DNA from: a virus
Direction: 5' to 3' (one strand)
DNA length: 64,000 nucleotides
Virus record (IMG/VR): IMGVR_UViG_3300048580_000994
Location: 1 to 64,000 of that record
Shown here: piece after piece, positions 29,032-37,003 of the stretch
How positions within the stretch are numbered: position 1 is the first letter of the stretch
Layout: the number at the start of each line of letters is the position of its first letter
Translations under genes and position numbers: made by a program
The notes under the pieces: generated by a model
Database searches by the model: none
Told to the model about the DNA's origin: nothing
Seen by the model: only the letters and a program-made list of their open reading frames with translations

Positions 29032-29112
29032 GCCGGAGTGATGTAATGGTAGCCTTGACGGTTTTAGAAACCGTTGTCGAAAGACGTGCAGGTTCAAGTC
29101 CTGTCTCCGGTA
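29032..29112 (+). tRNA. tRNA-Leu(TAG)
   Basis: ACGGT-TTTAGAA-ACCGT; GTC-GAAA-GAC arm. Confidence 0.9.
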
Positions 29113-29113
29113 C

Positions 29114-30283
29114 TTATTTTTTGTGTCTTGTCATTCCTCGCCAGAAACCTTCTGGTATTGTATCGTTATGATTTAATCTTGTATTAATTATTCCATTGGT
29201 TATATAAATTTTTCCAGACATAGATGCACTTATTTTTTCTTTGTGTTCTTGGGTTTTTGATAAATGTTTGGATGTTATTACTATTGGTTGGATATTATTT
29301 TTATCCCAAGTTTGAATTTTTTTTATTAATTCTTCGATGGACATTCCGATTCCAGTACCTTTAGTGATATTATCTAAATTGGATAATAATTGACAATTCG
29401 CTGGGTGTGATATAATTTTTGGGTCAATATTATTTCTCCAGCCATATTCGACTGATATTATATGGTCTCTACAAACACCTTGTTTGTTATTAGTTGAATT
29501 GTAGAACCCATATTTTAATAATAAATCATAGCCTTGTATATTTGGGTATAAGAAAACATCGAATAAAAATTTACATTCTTTTTTATAGATTTTTTTCTTA
29601 TCTGTCATTTTTGTACCAGATTGTATTCTGTAATTTTGGTTTGCTATGGTTAATGTTCTTAAATTAATTCCTATTATTTTTAAAAACATTCCAAAATCAC
29701 TATATTGGATTTTTAGATAGTTTTTAATTTCTTTTGCAGACATTTTTTCATTTGTGTATAGTCTATCTAATTCTTTTATTGAATTATTAATGTTTATTTG
29801 TGTTTGTTGATTGCCTAATTGAAAATTAAATATATTAGCTAATTTTTTTGCAATCGGGAGTTTTGTTGGGTTATCCCACCCTGTGGCTGGTTTTAATTTA
29901 GGATGGTATATATTGCCTGTGATTGGGGAATATTTAATTTTGGTATGTTGGTATTTGTTTTTTATTTTAATTGGGTTTTGTTTATTAATTTTTAATTTTT
30001 CAGATATTTGTTTTTTTGCGGTTTCAGGCATTGCCCACCCGGTTTCTTTTCGTTTTTTATTATTATATTTAGCAGAACAAGAACTACTACAAAAATTGTT
30101 TGATTTATTATCATATTTTATCAAAATTCCACAATATAGACATTTTTTTGGGTTTTGGTTATATGTTTTGATGTTTTCATTTTTGGTATGATCGCCATAA
30201 CATTTTGGTGAACAAAAAGTTGATGTTGTTTTTGCTGGTATAAATTCTTTTTTACATTCTGGGCATATAGCAGTTTTTTTCAT
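29114..30283 (-). CDS. Zn-ribbon + HNH-like endonuclease (HPANC family) with NUMOD-like tail
   Basis: RDHIIS..HPANC..N; EHKEKIS..ITNG..GFWRG; start re-set to 30283/30289. Confidence 0.75.
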   Translation of the reverse strand: MKKTAICPECKKEFIPAKTTSTFCSPKCYGDHTKNENIKTYNQNPKKCLYCGILIKYDNKSNNFCSSSCSAKYNNKKRKETGWAMPETAKKQISEKLKINKQNPIKIKNKYQHTKIKYSPITGNIYHPKLKPATGWDNPTKLPIAKKLANIFNFQLGNQQTQININNSIKELDRLYTNEKMSAKEIKNYLKIQYSDFGMFLKIIGINLRTLTIANQNYRIQSGTKMTDKKKIYKKECKFLFDVFLYPNIQGYDLLLKYGFYNSTNNKQGVCRDHIISVEYGWRNNIDPKIISHPANCQLLSNLDNITKGTGIGMSIEELIKKIQTWDKNNIQPIVITSKHLSKTQEHKEKISASMSGKIYITNGIINTRLNHNDTIPEGFWRGMTRHKK

Positions 30284-30306
30284 TTGCATTTTCTCCGAAT
30301 AAAGTA

Positions 30307-30397
30307 TATAAATAAAAGGAGTGGGACAAGCCCTTCTCCGATGGGTTTCCAATACTTCCGACGGTGTTGGATACCACTACTATTTATATTATTTATC
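30307..30397 (+). ncRNA. Nuclease-associated three-way-junction sRNA element
   Basis: Loop TTCTCCGA equals RBS region 30291-30298. Confidence 0.75.
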
Positions 30398-30431
30398 ATT
30401 TTAGTTGTAATTGTCAATATTTAATTTTTAT

Positions 30432-30507
30432 GGGTGTGTGAAGGGAATTTGGTATACCTTGTGTTCTTAGAAATCACAGTTTGCAGGTTCGATGCCTGTC
30501 GCACCCA
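30432..30507 (+). tRNA. tRNA with TAG anticodon but short variable loop
   Basis: GTGTT-CTTAGAA-ATCAC; 5-nt variable loop. Confidence 0.7.
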
Positions 30508-30522
30508 CTAAAATGTTTTTAT

Positions 30523-30596
30523 GGTCTTATAGTGAAATTGGATATAACATCAGTCTACGAAACTGAAGATGGTGGGTTCAAATCCTCCTAAGACCG
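30523..30596 (+). tRNA. tRNA-Arg(ACG)
   Basis: TCAGT-CTACGAA-ACTGA. Confidence 0.8.
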
Positions 30597-30606
30597 CTTA
30601 TATTAT

Positions 30607-30676
30607 GGCTGGGCTGCAAGGTGCAGGGCTGTCTCTCATAAGGACGGATGCGTGGATTCGATTTCCATACCAGCCA
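30607..30676 (+). tRNA. tRNA-Met/Ile2(CAT)
   Basis: TGTCT-CTCATAA-GGACG. Confidence 0.7.
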
Positions 30677-30692
30677 CTACTAAAAAGTTTTT

Positions 30693-30794
30693 GAGCCGTT
30701 TATAAAACGTTATCTTTTTTTGTCAAAAAGACCTGTCAGTTCGACTCTGGCGATGGGCGGATTCCCGGTTTACATGTTTTATTACCATTTGTTC
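30693..30794 (+). ncRNA. Permutation-clamp element enclosing partial tRNA(GTC) 3' half
   Basis: GAGC-CGTT..TTATC..ACCATTT-GTTC; T arm GTCAG-TTCGACT-CTGGC inside. Confidence 0.6.
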
Positions 30795-30801
30795 AAAAAA
30801 T

Positions 30802-30887
30802 GCGGGTAGCAGACATCTGGGGGTGTCACCGGTCTTCCAAACCGGCTACTGTAAAAGGTATTTTGGATTCGATTTCCACTACCCGCT
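30802..30887 (+). tRNA. tRNA-Gly(TCC) with long variable arm
   Basis: CCGGT-CTTCCAA-ACCGG; TACTGTAAAAGGTA arm. Confidence 0.7.
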
Positions 30888-30895
30888 CTAAATTT

Positions 30896-31016
30896 GTGCC
30901 GAATAAGGAAGATTATCTCAAAACTGTGTGTTGTGATTTTCGAATGTCACCATCTTTTCGAAGATGTAGCTCAATGGTAGAGCAATAGTCAAAAACACTT
31001 CTTTAACACCTTGCAT
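30896..31016 (+). ncRNA. Permutation-clamp element enclosing permuted tRNA-like RNA with UUCG-capped acceptor
   Basis: T arm, CATCTT-TTCG-AAGATG, then D arm GCTC-AATGGTA-GAGC and ATAGT (pairs with ACTGT). Confidence 0.7.
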
Positions 31017-31030
31017 AAATTTAAAATTTA

Positions 31031-31163
31031 AGAGCCGTATGAAAAATGTTATCCTGTTAAGATCGAAGTCGTGAGTTCGATTCTCACTTACCCCGCTAAA
31101 AATATATTATGGGGTAATAACTCAGTGGTAGAGTGCGTAAAGTGTTTTTCAACCATTTGCTCT
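31031..31163 (+). tRNA. Circularly permuted tRNA-Asn(GTT) inside clamp element (3' half 31051-31095, 5' half 31111-31137)
   Basis: Joining gives 72-nt cloverleaf: GGGGTAA/TTACCCC, ACTC/GAGT, CGATC-CTGTTAA-GATCG, GTGAG-TTCGATT-CTCAC, G73. Confidence 0.8.
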
Positions 31164-31168
31164 TATAT

Positions 31169-31241
31169 CACCCTATCGTATAATTGGATAGTACCACACA
31201 CTCTCAATGTGTAAATACGGGATCATAGCCCGTTAGGGTGA
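31169..31241 (+). tRNA. tRNA-Glu(CTC)
   Basis: ACACA-CTCTCAA-TGTGT. Confidence 0.75.
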
Positions 31242-31379
31242 CGAAATCGTTATAGGGAACAACAACCTTTCGCAAGAATGGGTTGCCCTATGACGTAATA
31301 GGTCAACGACGACCAAGTTCAAGTGTTTATCGTGCTTTGGAAAATCCCACTATACCGGTTGTGTGGGAACGATTATTTT

Positions 31380-31452
31380 TGCCCCTTGGCGCAACTGGTA
31401 GCGCAGCGCACTCTGAATGCGAAGGTTCCAATTTCGAATATTGGAGGGGCAG
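31380..31452 (+). tRNA. tRNA-Gln(CTG)
   Basis: CGCA-CTCTGAA-TGCG. Confidence 0.85.
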
Positions 31453-31458
31453 CTAAAA

Positions 31459-31526
31459 TAAGCCGAAGGTAAATGGTTATCGCAAACATCAACTTTGAAA
31501 AAACATCATTCACCAACCCTTGCTTA
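31459..31526 (+). ncRNA. Permutation-clamp element with short insert
   Basis: AGC-CGAA-GGTAAATGG-TTATC..TCATTCACC-AACCCTT-GCT. Confidence 0.6.
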
Positions 31527-32564
31527 TTTTATTATTTTTTGTTTTGATAGAATTATATATCCTTTTATAGCTAATTTATCATAGCTTATCTTTGTAAAAA
31601 TATTATGATTTTTTAGGAATTCTCTCATATTATTTGTTGTTATAATTGATTTGTCAGGTAATTGAATTTTATACAGGAATTGTGGGTTAGGTTTTCTGGT
31701 TGTTGGTGATATATAATTTGGATTTTGTTGTTTAAGAAATTCTCTGGATTCTTTGGGTGTTCTTATTGATATATTTAATAATCTTAATAATTTATGCAAA
31801 CCACCAGTGTTTTTATGATTAACTAACCTACTAAGTTCTATAGAACTATATTTATTATATAAATTTTTGGCATAGTTTTTACATAATTCCCAATCAGTAA
31901 TAAAGTTTGGTGTGCCTAAATTTGCCAGATTCAAATTAAAATATTTGTTTAATCCTGGTAATGCTTGTTTACTCATATCTATTTTGCATATTTGGCATAG
32001 TGTTTTTGATTTATGTCTTGTGCCGCAAAATGGACAGATCGTTAATTTTAATTTTTTTTCTTCTAATGATAATTTTGGTTGATAACCGTTTTTTGGCCCA
32101 TACCATCCTTGTCCTATATATTCTTCTATTAATGTTTTTGGGACTTGTTTTTGTAAGTTTATTATCCAAGAATGTGTGACCCAGCACATTCCATATCTTG
32201 GGTTTTTGCTACCTGTAAATTGTTGCATTGTTTTGCTCATGTTTTTTCTGGCATATTCATATAAATGGGAATTAAAATATCTATGATTATTTACAGTTGT
32301 TTTCATCATATTAAAAGCTCTGACCATACTATACCAATTCTCTGTATTAATTGGTAACATTTTACAAAGAAGATAGTGGCATATAAAATGTTCTCTGGCA
32401 GTTAATAGAACTAAATTTTCTTTGGTGTTATCCCCTTTCAATGATTTTGGTAATATATGGTGTTTTTCATAATATTGGGTTTTGGATTTAACCCTTGGTT
32501 GTGATTTGGCATTAGTAATAATATTATAATACCAGTTGTAGTATTTATTTTTTATAAAAATCAT
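31524..32564 (-). CDS. HNH homing endonuclease (MIFIKNKYY family)
   Basis: EKHHILPKSLKG..NLVLLTAREHFICH. Confidence 0.85.
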   Translation of the reverse strand: MIFIKNKYYNWYYNIITNAKSQPRVKSKTQYYEKHHILPKSLKGDNTKENLVLLTAREHFICHYLLCKMLPINTENWYSMVRAFNMMKTTVNNHRYFNSHLYEYARKNMSKTMQQFTGSKNPRYGMCWVTHSWIINLQKQVPKTLIEEYIGQGWYGPKNGYQPKLSLEEKKLKLTICPFCGTRHKSKTLCQICKIDMSKQALPGLNKYFNLNLANLGTPNFITDWELCKNYAKNLYNKYSSIELSRLVNHKNTGGLHKLLRLLNISIRTPKESREFLKQQNPNYISPTTRKPNPQFLYKIQLPDKSIITTNNMREFLKNHNIFTKISYDKLAIKGYIILSKQKIIK

Positions 32565-32588
32565 TTTGACTTATCTCCAGTCTAAAGT

Positions 32589-32674
32589 TATAAATAGATG
32601 AGCGGGACAAGCCCTACTCCAGTTGGGTTTCAATTATCGTCAAATAATTGATACCGCTCCTAATCTTATTTATC
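32589..32674 (+). ncRNA. Nuclease-associated three-way-junction sRNA element
   Basis: AGCGG/CCGCT compensatory stem; loop CTCCAGT equals RBS region 32575-32581. Confidence 0.75.
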
Positions 32675-32728
32675 TTTTTGTTTCAGAATTGCGTATTTTA
32701 TTTTTTTACCAATAAAGGAGGGACTATC

Positions 32729-32953
32729 ATGACCAATACACATACACAATGCGAGCTAAGACGTGGAAATTTCACACAAGTTGCTTGGATACCAAGCGAA
32801 TATGCTACAGTCGGGAAGTATCTCAAATTGAAATATAATGGTACTTGGAACGATGGATGGAAAGTGGAACAATTGGGTTCATCCCAAGACAGTGACTTTA
32901 CCAGAGAACGTTCACAAGATTATAAAAATATGAGAAAGATGACCGATATCTAG
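32729..32953 (+). CDS. Conserved small phage protein
   Basis: GGAGG RBS; QCELRR..VAWIP..AxVGK..W; hairpin terminator follows. Confidence 0.65.
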   Translation: MTNTHTQCELRRGNFTQVAWIPSEYATVGKYLKLKYNGTWNDGWKVEQLGSSQDSDFTRERSQDYKNMRKMTDI

Positions 32954-33132
32954 GATATCGGTCTTTTTTTATGACCAAAATTACAATTTTTAATTGTGGT
33001 TTGATAGTGTTGGAAATTCTAAGAATTTCTGTAACCATTAAAAACTATCACAACATTGCACCAATGGTCCAGTTGACGGGCATTGTTAGGAAACGTGCGA
33101 ATCGTTCTTGGTGTACAACATGGAGAAATATC

Positions 33133-33408
33133 ATGGTAGGAAGAATCGAAAACTATATCCATTCGGATTCACAAATCACCCATAAGGGTGGGGTAATAGT
33201 CAAAGTAACAGCCCAAACAGATTTCGCTGCGAGAACGTTAGAGTTTATCCAGTTCGTTCAATTTATTCCAAAATATTGCTATGCTTGTGGGGGCGAAACA
33301 TGGAATGACGTGATCGAAATGTTCCCAGAGTTGGAAGACAAACGTATCGCAGTTGAAAAAATCTTGAAAGAAACCATTCAGGTATCCTTCAAGACACTTC
33401 AAGTATAA
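33133..33408 (+). CDS. Elongation factor Ts-like fragment
   Basis: GRIENYIH..KGGVIVKVTAQTDFAAR resembles EF-Ts GxxxxYIH..GVLVExxxETDFVAR; GGAG RBS before ATG 33133. Confidence 0.65.
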   Translation: MVGRIENYIHSDSQITHKGGVIVKVTAQTDFAARTLEFIQFVQFIPKYCYACGGETWNDVIEMFPELEDKRIAVEKILKETIQVSFKTLQV

Positions 33409-33447
33409 AATAACCCGACACACAGTTATCGCAACGATAATATCTGT

Positions 33448-33966
33448 TCAGTGTGTCGGGTCATTTTTAATGAAAAAATTCTTGATCCTTTCTTTCGTTG
33501 AAAGTATCATAATCTTAAAATTATATGCAATTTTTTTAACAATATTCCACACTGAAAGTGATGTGATATAATTGTGAATTCGTTGCTTTATGTTTTTAAT
33601 ATGGGTATATAAAAATAAAAACCATTTGATACTTAAAAGCTTTTCTTTGGTTTGTTGAAATATCCAAACAGTGGGTATAAAACCAAATAATTTTGAACAT
33701 ACCCATATTATAGAGCCATTTATAAAATCACCACCAGCTATTAATAAATATGCCCAACCAGCAACAATCTCACTAATACCAAATGGTATGGCAAATAATG
33801 TTAAAATAACATATGCATGAAATGTTTGTAGAAATAATCCAAACGCTATCATGTATGGATGATTGGATATGAATTTTAAAATCTGTCTTGAAGTATACCA
33901 AACAAATTCATATACCAAAAACAAAATCGCTGAAATGTATTTTATTAATAACGTAATTTTCTTCAT
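33448..33966 (-). CDS. Membrane protein
   Basis: Hydrophobic helices; KEKLLSIKWF. Confidence 0.6.
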   Translation of the reverse strand: MKKITLLIKYISAILFLVYEFVWYTSRQILKFISNHPYMIAFGLFLQTFHAYVILTLFAIPFGISEIVAGWAYLLIAGGDFINGSIIWVCSKLFGFIPTVWIFQQTKEKLLSIKWFLFLYTHIKNIKQRIHNYITSLSVWNIVKKIAYNFKIMILSTKERIKNFFIKNDPTH

Positions 33967-34672
33967 AATAAATTATTTAGCATTTATTAAATGGTGTTTT
34001 CAAATTAAAAATGATAATATGATAAATGGAAATAAATTGTGTTTCCATAATAAAGGAAACCCATATTATGAAAAAACCATTCGTGTCATGCTTCGCAGAT
34101 ATCGGGACTACCAGAGAACAATCACCAGAAATGAAAGCAGCCAAAGCCCATTATGCTAAAATGGTCAATGATCTAAGAATTAAAAATGAAAAGAAAGACC
34201 TTAAACCATTGGGTGAAGAAACTAAAAAAGAATGATGGATATGGGGACTAAAATCCCCCATATTTTTTTTAAAAACGTTGAAAATAATTTGACACAAGTT
34301 GGATTATAGGGTATAAATAAAAGAATGGAAAGCGACGTTGGAAGGATTTTTGGAGATTTTTTAATGATAAATAGTTTGGACCAAAAAATAAAATTACCAG
34401 ATGGTGTATATACTTTAAAATTTTTATTTGATAATGGTAGAGCAGAATATTATCTTTGTCCATCTTTAGGTAGACCTTGGGGGATAACAACCCCAGCACA
34501 CTTTATAGATTTTGATGGGTCAAAATTATGTATCGAAATTAGTGAAAAATTAAAAAATAAATTAAAAATAATTTGACAAAAACGTTGGAGTAGAGTATAA
34601 ATAAAGAATAGAAAGAAACGTTGAAGAAAAAAGTTAGACAGAAGTGTTAAATGGAATTTTAGAACACTTTAT

Positions 34673-34792
34673 GCCGGATTAGCAAAGCGGTCGAATGCAC
34701 CGGTTTTGTTAAGCACAGAGGGCGTGGTAATTCACGATGTGTGCTTTACAAACCGGTATCCCACAACGCAGGTTCGAATCCTGTGTCCGGCA
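34673..34792 (+). tRNA. tRNA-Thr(TGT) with 40-nt anticodon-loop intron (~34710-34749)
   Basis: CCGGT-TTTGT[intron]AA-ACCGG; intron folds AAGCACA/TGTGCTT. Confidence 0.75.
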
Positions 34793-34849
34793 CTACACCT
34801 TATTGAAAAATAAGGATAATTTTCATTCATCAATGATGAATGAAACCTC

Positions 34850-35022
34850 GGGGCTAAAGTGTTGACGGGGGCACGATAGATTTTTCCGTGGCGGGTAACG
34901 CTTCGGGTGGATTATGAAAAATTATAATCCTACTGATGGACAAGGGTTGAAGCCCCTTTATGTGCAAGTCATATAGTCCAAGTGGCATTCTATAAGGCGG
35001 GTTTCGATTACCCGTAGCTCCA
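34850..35022 (+). tRNA. tRNA-Ala with ~100-nt anticodon insertion (~34884-34984)
   Basis: GGGGCTA/TAGCTCC G3:U70; ATAGA-TTT[intron..G]GCAT-TCTAT restores TGC anticodon. Confidence 0.65.
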
Positions 35023-35054
35023 CTAAGTAATTTGTATTAAAGGACTCTATTAAT

Positions 35055-35921
35055 TTAGAGTCCTTTTTCTTTTTTAACATACTCCCAATTTAGATTTTCA
35101 TATTTGTCTATGATAAGAAAATTCTTATTGTATATTTTTAACCATTTATCGATCCTAACCATTTGTTCTGGATTTTTCCAAGCCTTTGGGTCAAGATATA
35201 AATTAAAATCTGGTAAGAAAAAATCTGGTGTGTATGAACTGCCGCCACCAATCCAAAAATGATATGCTCGTTTCCATTTTATTCCTGCTTTATCAAGTTC
35301 ATTTGCCATTTTCCATTCCCAAGTAGAATCTAACTGGCATTCCCTTCCAAAAGAATCTATATATTGAATTTTTTTGGACCAACCACTGGCTGATCTCCAT
35401 TCTGGGTGTAGTGCAATCCCGCTTGGGTTTGCCAAACAGCGTTGTCTGAGTTTTTCTTTTGTTTCGTCTGAGTGTGTGGTTTGTAATCCAGATGTAAATT
35501 GATTACCAAAAGATTCGTGGGTTGAACCTAATTTATATAAATGAGTATCTTGGTGTTGTATACCATTTTCAGTATGAGATAGCCAATAATGTGATAATAA
35601 CGATGTTCTTGAATTAAAATTTTGTTGGCAATTCGGACATACCCATAAATTATTAATTAGACAATCATTTGTTATTATAGATGCAACATTAGTTTTTAAT
35701 TTGTTTGGTCCAGTAAAATAAGTCCCGTCACAGGAGTCATTGTGTTTTTTAAAATTGCTTTTAGATATTTCTCTGTTGCATTTTTCGCAGCATTTTGTTG
35801 CTTTTAATGCAGTTGATAAATTTTCGCTTCTGCATTTATCTGAACAATAATTTTTTCTTCTATTGGTTGTTGTGAATGCTGTTTTGCAGTGCTGGCATAT
35901 TTTAGTTTTTTCTTTGCTCAT
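35055..35921 (-). CDS. Zn-finger + PD-(D/E)XK endonuclease
   Basis: CxxC motifs, C2H2-like finger, LDSTWE..YTPDF..LDPK. Confidence 0.75.
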   Translation of the reverse strand: MSKEKTKICQHCKTAFTTTNRRKNYCSDKCRSENLSTALKATKCCEKCNREISKSNFKKHNDSCDGTYFTGPNKLKTNVASIITNDCLINNLWVCPNCQQNFNSRTSLLSHYWLSHTENGIQHQDTHLYKLGSTHESFGNQFTSGLQTTHSDETKEKLRQRCLANPSGIALHPEWRSASGWSKKIQYIDSFGRECQLDSTWEWKMANELDKAGIKWKRAYHFWIGGGSSYTPDFFLPDFNLYLDPKAWKNPEQMVRIDKWLKIYNKNFLIIDKYENLNWEYVKKEKGL

Positions 35922-35948
35922 TTTATTGACCTCTCTAAAATTAAATGT

Positions 35949-36040
35949 TATAAATAAGAATTAGCGGGACAAGCCCATTCACTCTTGGTGGGTTTTCCGA
36001 ACCTCAGAAATTTGGAATACCGCTACTATTATTATTTATC
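35949..36040 (+). ncRNA. Nuclease-associated three-way-junction sRNA element (weak loop match)
   Basis: TAGCGG-GACAA-GCCC..GGGT..TA-CCGCTA. Confidence 0.7.
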
Positions 36041-36091
36041 AATTATGAATTAAAAAGTGTAATAAAGTCAATATAATAAGGAGAAATATAT

Positions 36092-36478
36092 ATGGAATTA
36101 ATATCATTAACGCAGTTATTTAAACCAATTATTGGGTTGTTTGAAACATTTAATAAGCCTTCATTTGATATAAACAAGCCCTCTGTATTAAATGTTAGTA
36201 TTAAGGAAATTGATGTGTATAAAAAATATGAATTGAATATTAAAAATAATGGGAATGGTTTGGCTACTAAAATAAATATCAAAGTTGGTGTCCATAGTCC
36301 ATTTGAACAATTTATTGAAAATATGAATCCACAAGACAATAGAAATTTTGAATTTGTGCTAAAAGAAAGTAGGGATATAAAACAAGAAAAACGCAAACGT
36401 TATTTTGAATTTGAGATGACGTATATTGAACCAAAAGCAGGAAAAAAAGAAATTACAGAAAGAATTTTTATCGAATAA
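36092..36478 (+). CDS. Hypothetical protein
   Basis: AAGGAG RBS. Confidence 0.6.
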   Translation: MELISLTQLFKPIIGLFETFNKPSFDINKPSVLNVSIKEIDVYKKYELNIKNNGNGLATKINIKVGVHSPFEQFIENMNPQDNRNFEFVLKESRDIKQEKRKRYFEFEMTYIEPKAGKKEITERIFIE

Positions 36479-36505
36479 AGTCAATATAATAAGGAAAACC
36501 CTCCA

Positions 36506-36745
36506 ATGAAAACTCATATTAGTATCCCTCGTTTAGAACTTTGGGAATTTTTGGAATGGATGACTGATAATAATGTTGTATATAATGTTACAGATGAAGA
36601 TTTTTTAATGAATGTTGTTTCTGCGTCTGATTCAAAATATGGTAGATTTTTTGGTTCAACATCCACTTTTAAGTTTCCCATTGAGATATTATCTAATGAG
36701 GTATTATTTAGATTGCGCTGGGGTGGGTATGAATATTTGGAATAA
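36506..36745 (+). CDS. Hypothetical protein, FxLxW family
   Basis: ends VLFRLRWGG. Confidence 0.65.
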   Translation: MKTHISIPRLELWEFLEWMTDNNVVYNVTDEDFLMNVVSASDSKYGRFFGSTSTFKFPIEILSNEVLFRLRWGGYEYLE

Positions 36746-37003
36746 AATTGATAAATACTCTTATGATAATACTTTACCCTCTTGACCCATTTAAAACACA
36801 ATTCATTAAAGATGAATATGAAAGGGGAGTGTCTTGTGTTGAATCTGCGAAAGAATGGGATAGAATATTAAACGAGAGCACTACTGATTATACAGAATTA
36901 ATTAATGATTTAAAAGATATTATTAAAAAAGTTGATCTTTAACAAAACCTTCTTGACAAAAAATTAAAATCTGGTATAGTGGATAAAGTTAAACAATTGA
37001 GGA

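Noticed and set aside
30913-30927. Opal suppressor (TCA) and stop-codon recoding
   Set aside because: Anticodon depends on an unknown junction, the acceptor is capped, and conserved genes read intact in the standard code with TGA and TAG used as stops.
31032-31050. Group II intron domain V resemblance (GAGCCGTATG)
   Set aside because: 3' strand lacks the GTACGGTTC complement, no other intron domains are present, and other copies deviate.
34850-35022. tmRNA call (GGGGC..GAC start, Ala acceptor)
   Set aside because: Has a paired D arm and a restorable anticodon arm, is short, and no tag-peptide frame was evident; intron-containing tRNA-Ala fits better, though tmRNA is not fully excluded.
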